Assembly (NCBI GenBank): GCA_951406725.2
Contig: OX597828.1
Span: 17,050,001-17,114,000, forward strand
Origin: Octopus vulgaris
Taxonomy: Eukaryota
Length of the DNA stretch: 64,000 bases
Direction: 5' to 3'
Made by a program: the position numbers and the translations under genes. Every line of letters starts with the position of its first letter. Within the stretch, counting starts at the first letter, position 1. This document shows, piece by piece, positions 53,238-64,000 of this stretch. The notes below the pieces were generated by a model that saw only the letters and a list, made by a program, of their open reading frames with translations, did not search any database and was not told the DNA's origin.

Positions 53238-55568
53238 TGTTGTATCGCACGTTCGACCTACAATATGAGGGGATAATAATAATGTCCTGGCAATAACCCT
53301 CAACAATACACAGCTCAAGACTTCCTTACACTCTCTGCGCATGTCCATTTATATTGTGGAACAGTCCATTAGGTGCCAACCAATAGGGGTGTTCTATTTC
53401 CACACAACATCTCCTTCCTTTGAGATTGGCTTTGTCCTTTTTTTTCTTTATTTATTATTTTATTCGTATCAATTTTGTTTCCTTGGTGGGAAACTGGCAT
53501 ATATATTTCTCTTGGAGTTCATTTCCACCATTTCGGTATGTATTCTTTTCCCTGTTCGACCCACGTGTCGGTTCTGCTTTCACTTGTGGTTTTGGGACCT
53601 CGAACATGTCATACCATATAACCATTGGTTCCTCTCGCTTTTCTTGTTTTTGGTATATCCTTTCTTTAATTGGTTAAAATGCCTTTCATGTTCACATTAC
53701 TCAGACGTCCAGTTACATTACCTTGTTCCCAGTCCTGTTTTTCGTTTTTATATATTTTAAAATACATTTCCTCACCTTTGTTAAAAAATTTCGTTGTACT
53801 TCTCGAATTTTGTATTTTCTGTTTCCTACTCGGCAACAAATTGTCAAACACAGAACGAATCTTTCTGAAGAATATCGAATGTGCGGGTGACCTACTCGAC
53901 TCTGCATATAATAGTACCTCATCACATACTGAATAATGCTTTGAACCTGCGTTCCGCTCATTTATATTATTTTTCATGTTACTTTCCAACAGTATTTTCT
54001 TCTCTTGTTTATGAACATATCTTTTTCAAATTTGAATTTAATTTCTTCCAGGTGTACCGGCAAATCATGTACTACATTGCACAAATGTTCTTCAGTTCCA
54101 TTTCTAGTTTTAACGATGCAATCACCTTTTCTTCAAAAGGTTCCCTATGTTTTGGAATTAGCCTAGACAATCCGTCTGCGTGTCCCATTTTCTTTGATGA
54201 CAAAATCTCCGTTTGAAAATCATAGTTCCACACGGGAGACCCCAGTGCTGTAAGACATTTGCTGAGGGTTGGGGATACCCTTTTTCGAATCGAAAGTAGA
54301 CAGTGATCAGTTTTTAGTGTAAACTTCCTAACGTGTAGGAATTTATGGAATTTCTTTAATTATAAAGCCTCCTTTTCGATCTGGCTGTATTTTTTTTTCT
54401 GCTACTAGAACTCATGATGCATGTGCAATAGCTTTGATCTTACCATCATTGAATTTATACAATAGCACCAATCCTATACCATATTCACTGGCATCCGATG
54501 CCACAATTATTTACAGGTTTGGGCTTCGAATGCGTTCTAACATTCGTTTGTCCATTATTTTTAAAATTATTATTGTCTTTCGAAGGTTTTAATAATTATC
54601 CTCTTCTCGAAGGTTTATTATTTATTGGCATTCTTCAGCCATTTTCTGCAAGGTTAGTTTCACAATTTGAGTCAACTCTGATAATATTCTTCTTCTAATT
54701 TCCATGTCTTCCATTGCCACAAGCCCTTTAACGAATATTAAGCACTTGAACATATCTGGCGTTAATTCTCCAAGCTTAATCCTTTCACGAGACTTATTAA
54801 CAATACTGGCATATGTTACAAAGTCATCGGATTGGTTCGTCTGTAAATTTAGACATTTCCACCGAACGTTAAACTGCTAAATTTTTCCGCTAAAGATATG
54901 TCAAAGTATTTGTCATTTTATCAAAACACAATACCGCGGGCTTTCTCGGTAAAATAAAGTTACAAAAACTGTCGTGTTCCAGAAGGGCAAGTTTTCGCCA
55001 GAGGAGCCTTAACTTCTTTTCACTAGACCATCCCTTGCATTCCTCTCTGAATGTTCTCGTATCACCTGTATTACGCGGTAAAGGTAGTTTCTTCATCCGC
55101 TTTGTAGAGAAATTATTCGATGGAGTTTGAAACACCGTGCGCTTAAAACTGTTCTGTCGTATTTCTCGACTGCCGTAACACCTCTGTTAACTTCTGTAGT
55201 TGCTGTTGTTGCTGCTCTTGTTGTTTTACGACTGCTTTCAGTAACTCTTCCATTTCGATACTATACAGAGTTTCAGTAGTGTTCGAATCCTCTGTACTGT
55301 TCGAAACCTCGACGCCGCTGCTGTTTCAGTGGCAATATTGTCTGAATCCTCGTCACCACAGTTGTACAAAACATTCGACGATATAACGGGATAATAATAA
55401 TGTCTTAGCAAATCGTTCTACTCAAGATACTGGTAATAACCCTCAACAATACGCAATTCCCGGCTGTACACTGCTCAAGACTTCCTTACACTCTCTGCGC
55501 ATGTCCATTTATATTGTGGCACAGTCCATTAGGAGACAAGCAATAGGGTGTTCTACTTCCACACAACA
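53238..55568 (-). mobile_element. Internally deleted, degenerate Ty3/Gypsy LTR retrotransposon (probably Mag-like)
   Basis: Related LTRs at 53238-53409 (TGTTGT...ACAACA) and 55360-55568. PBS TGGTGACGAGGAT at 55358-55346; PPT AAAGGAAGGAGA at 53421-53410; 5-bp TSD ATGTA at 53233-53237 and 55569-55573. Confidence 0.88.
53666..55253 (-). pseudogene. Fragmented gag, RNase H and integrase C-terminal coding remnants of the Gypsy element
   Basis: Gag-like start MEELLKAVVKQQEQQQQLQKL. RNase H IVASDASEYGIGLVL..IAHAS*..YSQIEKEAL and KKMGHADGLSRL. Integrase tail SPAHSIFFRKIRSVFDNLLP. Many stops and frameshifts; no RT core seen. Confidence 0.8.
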
Positions 55569-55642
55569 ATGTACTTGAAACAACATTTCATTAAAATAAC
55601 GGTGTGTTACCCCTTCGTTTCACAGTGCTATTTTATATATCA

Positions 55643-56352
55643 CTAGCAGTATAACCCGGCCTTGCCCGGGATTAAGTTACGATTACTAAGCTAATCAAGT
55701 TCTTTATTTCAAACCAAACTAAGTAATATAGACGTCAAATTTGGGCGAAATCCGTTGAAATTAGTTATATTATATATATTATATATACATAATATAATAT
55801 AAATATATATGGGCAACAGACACGAACACTCATACACACACGTACGTACGTACACCTATTGCATGTTTTGTGCACGCATACATGTTCATAAACAGAAATG
55901 AATGGAAAAAATGCTGTTAAATTTGTAGATTACCACTCGCACGATTTTCACTAAGAATAAAAATCGTTTTTTTTTTGTGTGAAATCAACTACTCTGGCCT
56001 CAAAACCTTTTTGTTGTCCGTGAAACGGAGTGGGGTGTGGTGGAAGCCTCGCAAAATGTACCCATTTATATTGTGTAATTCACTGACAAATTCTTACTCA
56101 CCTCTTAGTTCCTTTGTTGTTAAATAAATGGATTGTCAACAAAACACTTTTTTACTCGGCGTAAAATAAAAACAAAACTCTTTCGCACCCAAAGTAATCT
56201 GCGTGAGAGAGAGAGGGGGAGAAAGATGAACATTTAAAATAGATAAATGATTTAAAATAAATATATTGTAATTGTTGTGTGAGAAAGTATATATACTATG
56301 ATTATAAAATATAGAGTGTCTTTCATTTTGCATTTTATTTTTTATGAACGTT

Positions 56353-56392
<40 letters not shown>

Positions 56393-56669
56393 TTGTCTTT
56401 CCCGTGAAACTCTCTGCCTCCTTCTTCCACTTTTTTTAATCTTATTTTTTTTTGTTAGACGCCATCAAGAAAGCTATGACTGATATTTTTATAGCTAAAA
56501 GCTACCCTATCTGCGGGTGCCTCGGGAGAAAAATAAGTTGACAAAACCCAGATAGGTTGTTGACGAATGTCCTAAATTTTGAGCGACATGCGTGCTAATT
56601 TGTGGACGTGCATAAATTACAATCACGTACACACACACACACGCGCGCACACATCCTTCCTTTTATAGA
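55643..56669 (-). mobile_element. Non-autonomous Helitron
   Basis: Minus strand begins A|TC (56669) and ends with a GC hairpin (CCCGG-N6-CCGGG at 55655-55670) about 8 nt before CTAG|T (55646-55643). No TSD; internal (CA)n/(CT)n. Confidence 0.72.
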
Positions 56670-56904
56670 TATGATGTCGGGTACCACTAGTTTCACGCAA
56701 TCAAATGCGTATTCACTCAACTCGTGTTAGAAGTACGACAGAAAATCTGCTTTTTAATTTGACACCAAACTGTATGGTGAAGAGTATCATTACATACACA
56801 TGCATGCACAAATATATGACATGACTGTGTGAGTGTATGTGTATATATATATATATATGTATATATACGCATATATATATACACATACATATATACACAC
56901 ATAT

Positions 56905-56957
<53 letters not shown>

Positions 56958-56970
56958 TATATACATACAT

Positions 56971-57135
56971 ATAAATGCAGTATACATTTAAACACATAAG
57001 AGGTATCAATCATGGGATACCTAGCACGCTAGAAGGAATAGCCAAAATCCAAACCACTTGGTTCGTATTTTGGCTATTACATCTAGCGTGCCAGGTATCA
57101 TATGATGGATACCTCTTATGTGTTTAAATGTACAC

Positions 57136-57144
<9 letters not shown>
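56971..57144. mobile_element. Foldback/MITE-like ~174-bp imperfect palindrome in a (TA)n tract
   Basis: Left arm ..TACATTTAAACACATAAGAGGTATC..CTAGCACGCTAGA..AATAGCCAAAAT..AACCA pairs with right arm TGGTT..ATTTTGGCTATT..TCTAGCGTGCCAG..GATACCTCTTATGTGTTTAAATGTA. Confidence 0.75.
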
Positions 57145-57174
<30 letters not shown>

Positions 57175-57180
57175 ACTGTT

Positions 57181-57430
57181 GGCACTCCATCGGTTAAGAC
57201 GACGAGAGTTCCACTTGGTCCGATCAACGGAATAGCCTGCTCGTGAAATTAACGTGCAAGTGGCTGATCACTCCACAGACACACGGACCCTTAACGTAGT
57301 TCTCGGGGAGATTCAGCGTGACACAGAGTGTGACAATACTGGCCCTTTGAAATACAGATACAACTGAAACAGAAAGAAAGAGTGAGAGAAAGTTGTGTTG
57401 AGAATGTGCAACAGGGTTCGTCACCCCGGG
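57181..57430 (-). mobile_element. SINE family B, 3' part
   Basis: Reverse complement of about 12050-12295. Confidence 0.85.
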
Positions 57431-57532
57431 ATATATAATATATACATATATATACATTTGCACGTATATACTTATGTATACACATATATATGCATACATA
57501 TATATATGTACACATATGTATGAATGTATATA

Positions 57533-57589
<57 letters not shown>

Positions 57590-58642
57590 GTGTGTATATA
57601 TACATGTTTCGGTGGGTATGTGTGTTTGCGTGTATGCTTATCCGTGTGTATGTATGTATATGTGAGTCCTGAAGCGAGAGTTTGTTCTACGTCTCAATAC
57701 TTCAACGATCCTGCAGAAGACAATGCTGAAATAACTATCAGACGTGAAAAGTAAGAACCTCGCGCGATTTATTCGACTATACCCTTATTGAAAACGTCCC
57801 CACCCAGAATAGCCGGAAGGTAATGACTGAAAGAGGATATAAACAAACAAAAAAAAAACAGTATAAGATATAAGATATGTAAAATGCAAGTATATAGGAA
57901 AACGTATTAACATCAAATTACACGTCACAGTTATATCACTATTAACCGATGTTATCTGACTATATTTACCCCGAAATAATTTATTCTTAGAACAGCTTTT
58001 AAGAGGTTTTCATCGTTTCATTCTACTGTACAATAAAAACATTTAAACTCTGACTTTTATTATGTTGTATCTTTCTGTTTCTCTCTTTCTATCTACCCTG
58101 TACTCTATACATATCTAATTATCTCGCTTTCTCTCCTCTCTCTCCCACTCTGTCTCGATATATAAAACAGAAGACTGACATATCTTTCGAAATTTTTTTT
58201 ATGCCCGTTTCATACAAACTTAGGAGTAGGGGGTGGAATGAAGTTAATACTAAACCGTGTGGAATATTAGAAAAAAAAAACTGTAATAAAAGATATGTCA
58301 GTTGAGAAGATGAACAACATTGGGGAACACAAAAAAAAAAATCTGTAGTTTATTGTCAATTCTGAAAATGGTAAAAAGTTTTTAAAAAATACCAATATAA
58401 ACCGACAACAGGAGTTTGAACAAACTAGAAATTTATTTCATCTTACCTAATAGACGTTCTTGGACAGGATAATATCATAAATATTATATGTATATGTGTG
58501 TGCGTTTATATATGTGTGTGTGTGTGTCTGTATGTGTTTGTGTATGTATGACATGTTTTATGCTGACTTGTTTTCTCTTCGATTTCCTTAAGCCCTCTAG
58601 CTTATCGTTTTGCACGCTAACTACGTTTTCTGTATAACCACA

Positions 58643-58744
<102 letters not shown>

Positions 58745-58830
58745 TACGTATGTACCTATGTATATATATATGTGTGTATATATATACACACACACACATA
58801 TATATATATATGCATACGTATGTACCTATG

Positions 58831-58897
<67 letters not shown>

Positions 58898-59082
58898 ACT
58901 TATGCATTCATCTATTTATGTGAATAGACATCAGCGTGCTTGTATGCGTGTATGATATATGTGTGTGAATGTGTATACAGATCTGTATTCGTACATAAAT
59001 ATACATGCGCATTTTCATATATACATATATGCATGTGTGAGGCTCGCTAGCAATTAGATACATAGACAAACAGACAGACAGG

Positions 59083-59176
<94 letters not shown>

Positions 59177-59389
59177 TAACGACAGTTAGTTGAAAAGACG
59201 GAGAATTACACAGATAGATGGTTTAAATGAGAGATACAAATATCCTGATAAATACACACTCTAATATATAGACTATCAACATAATGGTGTTGCTCAGAAA
59301 ACAGCGGTCAGTGATCTTGGTCAATTCCAAGGAAAGCGTTCAGAGTAGATATACTTCAATAACAACACTTGAAACAATATTATATAGGG

Positions 59390-59630
59390 TAAAGACATCC
59401 TTCAGTCATGAATGACCATAGGATTGCGCCTCAAATGTTACACTCCGAGGCACAAGTCGGGACAAGGTTGTTTATGGAAGACTTGCAGTCTCCCATCCGC
59501 TCTTTATGCCACTGATGTTATCCAAGGGAAAGGCAAAGGCCGATGCGGATTGGCGCCAGCGACATGCGGACTCATTTCTACAGTTGCGTGAACTGGAGCA
59601 ACGTGAAATTAAGTGTCTTGCTCAAGAACA
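59390..59630 (-). mobile_element. SINE family C, 3' part
   Basis: Colinear with 3601-3850. Confidence 0.78.
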
Positions 59631-59677
59631 AAAACTGGAAGAAAATTTTCCGATATTATTTATTCAACATTAGATAT

Positions 59678-60086
59678 ACTCTTTACTCTTTTACTTGTTT
59701 CAGTCATTTGACTGCGGCCATGCTGGATAACCGCCTTTAGTCGAGCAAATCGACCCCGGGACTTATTCTTTGTAAGCCCAGTACTTATTCTATCGGTCTC
59801 TTTTGCTGAACCGCTAAGTAACGGGGACGTAAACACACCAGCATCGGTTGTCAAGCAATGCTAGTGGGACAAACACAGACACATAAACATATACACGCAC
59901 ACTTATATATATATATATATACACGACAGGCTTCTTTCAGTTTCCGTCTACCAAATCCACTCACAAGGCATTGGTCGGCCGGGGGCTATAACAGAAGACA
60001 CTTGCCCAAGATGCCACGCAGTGGGACTGAACCCGGAACCATGTGGTTGGTTAGCAAGCTACTTACCACACAGCCACTCCTGCGCC
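59678..60086 (-). mobile_element. SINE family A, full length
   Basis: Reverse complement of family A. Confidence 0.9.
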
Positions 60087-60902
60087 TATATGTTTCATTT
60101 ATAAATAGGATTCACAAAGTTGTTCATGTTGGATAGTCATGTAAGGAACTTCTTAGAATTTCTTCAGACAGAGAATCACATAACACAAGACTTGCATCTT
60201 AATGAAGTGTTCATATAGAATTAGTAATCAGGAACAGCATACATTGGATGGAGGAAGTATAAAGAGGAAACGAAACCTTAAGAAATGGTGAGTTACCTAT
60301 ATACACATACATCCATGCAGAAAATACACACATAAATTCAAACATACGTATATACATATTCTTTTATTCTCTTATTCTTTTATTTCTTTCAGTCATTTAC
60401 TCGAACAAATCGACCCCAGGGCTTATTCTTTACGAGCCTAAGTCTGTAGTCTTAACATTGCCATGTCCTAATACTTTGTCAGCGAATATACTGCAGAGCG
60501 AATGACTACATCACCGCTGCCACCCTCTACAATCCTCCTACTACCATCCTTCTCCTACTCCTCTACTGTAACTACTATCATCCACCTCTTCTTCTTCCTC
60601 CTCTCTTCTCTCCCGCCTTCACCCTTTCCTCCTCCTCTTTTCTCCTCCTCCCCTCCCCTCTTCCCCGCCCCCTTATTCTCTCCCTCCTCTTCACCCCCTC
60701 CTCCCATCCCGTCCCCTCCTCCCCCTCCTCCTCCTCCTCATCGTCATTATCACAATCACCATCATCATCATTATCATCCTGATCATCATCTCCACCAACA
60801 AAACCACCACCACCACCACCATACCCCCCCACCATCATCATGATTGAGGAGTCCTTCTAGGTACTCTGGCAGTCAGCAATCGCCGCTGATGACAGACCAC
60901 TG

Positions 60903-61100
60903 TCACAGAAAGTAGAATCTCGGTAAACACCGACACTTCTTTAGCGCTGCGTACAAGGATTTTCGTTGTGTATCTCCACTTCGCCGTCCTTCAACTGTGT
61001 TCCCTTGAGCGGTTTCGAACAGAAATTCTAGACAGCAGTTAGGCGTTTCATTCCAGCGAGGAATGGTGCGTATCAGCTCGAATATTTCCTGACTTACTGC
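60903..61100 (-). pseudogene. Possible RTE-type LINE C-terminal remnant
   Basis: QGNTVEGRRSGDTQRKSL resembles the RTE-clade GxVEGxRxRGRxRKxW motif; weak match. Confidence 0.3.
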
Positions 61101-63056
61101 CTGACAGAACGGCATGTCAGGCACACAGTTTACAAGATTCATATATATAACAAGTAGTCTTCGGTACCCTAGCGCCCTATCCACTTTACGTCTGTATCTC
61201 AATAGACAATGCTATATTAAATTACAACAGAAATCTCCGGTCTATGAATAAACTAGCATTTTAATATTTTTAATTCCTCTTATATTTTCGCCGGTTATAA
61301 TAGAAATATCATTTGTTTATCTCCAGTTTAACAAATTGTCTTTGCCCCGAGTCTGTCTTTCGAAGGCAACTAGAACAGGGCAGCTGCATAAGAAATACTG
61401 CATGAGTTCTTGAAACTTGCAATAAATATATTTATATTTATGATAGTATCCGGTTCAAGAACAACTATTAGGAGATATGAAATTTTTAGATACGCTGGAG
61501 CTCGTATTTTTACCTTATTTTTTTCTTCGTTTTATGTCATTTTAAGAATTGACGATGAAGGAGAATTTTTTCTGTGTGTGTGTAAGTGTTCCAGTATATT
61601 GTTCATCTTCTCAATTGACATCTCTTTTATTACTTATTTCTTTTCGTATTCCACACGTTTTGAGAATTAATTCCATTTCATCCCTTCTCTTAACTTTGTC
61701 TGACTGGGCATAAAAAAGTCGACATATATGTCATCCTTTTATTTTATGTTTGTATAGAAAAAGAGAGTGAGTGGTAAAGAAGACAGTAATACCAAAAAAA
61801 TAAAAGACAGACTTTAATATGTTTTTATTGCATTGTAGAACGAATCGATGAAAAACTCTTAAAAACTGTTCTAAGAGTAAGACAAGTTATACCGGGGTAA
61901 AAGAAATTTGATAGCATTGAATGGTATAACTGTTGCAGTAACGGAGAAAATGTTTCATAGTATGCACTTTTATCCTTCTATAAACTAAGTTCAAACTCTG
62001 TTGCATCAATCAAGTAGGCCCATGATCTATTCCAAATAATTAAACTTAAATGTATTAACAATCCGCTCAGATCCATTCACTACCCGGCATATCAGACGGT
62101 TTGCTCTGTGAGGAGATTTGCAAAGGCATAATTTGGATCGAGTTATGTGAAAAATTGTACATGGTCACACATAGTAGCTGTTTGTTTGGGTTCGAAGTTC
62201 AAGAGGAAGAGTGCCTTCCCATCTAGTGGCTATGTAAACCTATTTTCGAAGCTGGAGGTTTTTCTTTTCCTGTCTGCATTTAGTAGCTTTAAAGTGTGAG
62301 CGAGTATGCACAAACCGATCGTACTCATTAGCCTTGGAGGTCATATTAGAGTTGCTCAGCGGGTTAAGACAACAGTGTCAACCAGGACGCAGAAGGTTTT
62401 ATATTGAAATGACCTTCTTCAAGTGGTTACTGTTACAGATGGTTACTGCATTTGCCGAAAGTTACCAAAAGGGACCCGGGTCTCCTGTACGTCTCCATTT
62501 CTTGATTTGCTGAGTTCCCAAGCTATTTCCTTTCTTAAGACACTCATAAGACTTGGAGCCTCTTCCCTAACATGGTAACTGACCCACTGTGACCCTAACA
62601 GGTGCTACTACGCTGGGTCAGGGTAGACATGGAAGCAACACTCGCTAAGTGGTGGTTCCTCAATCCTCAAAACCTCGAAACTATTGACCCAAAGTTCCAC
62701 CGCCAAGTGTTGTGTTTAAAGCGACACCAAGAACAAATAATACACCTACTAGAAATATATATCTAATCTTCTTGAAGACATTGCTGTCTTTACAATTGAA
62801 GTGTATATTTGATAACAAAGTACTATGTTTAAAAAAAATCGACAAATGGAAACATGGTTGACATACCATTATTGCTTTTGACCGTAGATACGCCGGTCAT
62901 GAACAACCTGGGGCTAAACAACAACAGCAACAATCACATTGTCGCTAAAACTATTTTCTGGTTTTGAGAAGACAAATTTCTTAAGATTGGTATTTAGGTA
63001 GTGTGTTGCATATCCCATGTATGTACGAATGTTATGTATGTATGTATGTATGTATG

Positions 63057-63088
<32 letters not shown>

Positions 63089-63189
63089 TGTATGTATGTA
63101 GGTAGGTAGGTAGGTAGGTATGTATACCTATGTGTGTGTGTCTTTGTGTCTGTAATGAAGAATAATACTATTAACTGCATAAGTAGTGA

Positions 63190-63545
63190 TGGGGGAAGGA
63201 AAAATAAATCATATTGTCTCTGACTGCCCAGTCCTAATAAGGTAGATATCCATAAGCATGACAATGTCGGGGGCCTATGTTCAGTGGAAACTATGCCAAC
63301 ACTACGAAATGACAACAGAAAGAAGATGGTATAGATATATCTCTGAAAAGGACTCAGAAAATGACAAATGAACCATGCTCTGGGATTTTCCAGTGTACAA
63401 AGTTAGAGAGATCAAGGTTAATTGGGTAAGAAATATTTTTTAAAAGTGTCTTCTAATTGACATACCAGTCACAACAAATGACAATGTATCTTAAAAAGGA
63501 ACAGAAACTCTCGAAATACAAAGATCTGGAAATAGAAATGACCTG
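63190..63545 (+). pseudogene. Degenerate C-terminal remnant of a restriction-like-endonuclease non-LTR retrotransposon (R4/Dong-like)
   Basis: Motifs in order across frames: CPVL, HDNV, MLWDFPV, LIDIPV, SKYKDLEIEM. Confidence 0.62.
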
Positions 63546-63659
63546 AAGGTAAAGACTAAAGAGAGAAATAATCTCTATAAGAATTAAGTATGGTTAAAAA
63601 CCACACACACAAATACATGACCGAAACGCCAGGACTTACGAATATGTATAGTATACAGT

Positions 63660-63690
<31 letters not shown>

Positions 63691-64000
63691 CAATATATAT
63701 ATAATATATATACGAATATATATAGTATACAGTATCTACTAGGATCTGCACACCTCTTACGAAAAGCACGTTCAATAAAGTAGGAAAACACAACAAATAC
63801 ACGAGGATCTAGAGCTGCGCTTGATAATGCAGTGAAAGAATATGATGAAAATATGCCTACTGAACTATGATAAGGCTGCTTTCTAAAATAGAAATTTATG
63901 GGGAAGATAAAAGACGATTATATTGATCCCAGTGTTCAACTGATACTTATTTTGTCGACCCCGAATGTATAAATTTCAAATTCGGTAGAATTTGAACTAA

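Noticed and set aside
59095-59176. Other (GATA)n/(TATC)n arrays (also 4215, 13968, 20868, 27435) as Tx1 insertion sites
   Set aside because: No Tx1-like 3' UTR motifs adjoin them; they appear to be empty sites.
62200-62370. Minus-strand SKIGLHSH motif resembling an RTE LINE C-terminus
   Set aside because: A single short motif amid stops; not enough to call.

Overview
AT-rich, repeat-saturated eukaryotic DNA, probably intronic or intergenic. The SINE families and the (TA)n/(TATC)n/(CAT)n load suggest an octopus or other coleoid cephalopod, but that is an inference. The only clear long coding sequence is a full-length L1/Tx1-clade non-LTR retrotransposon at 29986-36143 (+), with a CCHC zinc-knuckle ORF1 and an uninterrupted APE-RT-zinc-finger ORF2. 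It sits inside a (TATC)n microsatellite and is followed by two more diverged, 5'-truncated relatives in the same array and orientation, which points to (TATC)n/(GATA)n target preference. The three 3' UTRs share a covarying stem-loop. Their terminal ~45 nt also end two units of a tandem SINE trimer (38456-39035) and a TSD-flanked insert (40563-40845), suggesting a LINE/SINE partnership. The window also holds four tRNA-derived SINE families, an internally deleted Gypsy LTR element (PBS, PPT, 5-bp TSD), a non-autonomous Helitron, MITEs, several Penelope-type hammerhead-ribozyme motifs, LINE remnants and one or two candidate host exons on the minus strand. Nearly all short ORFs in the track are microsatellite or SINE artefacts.
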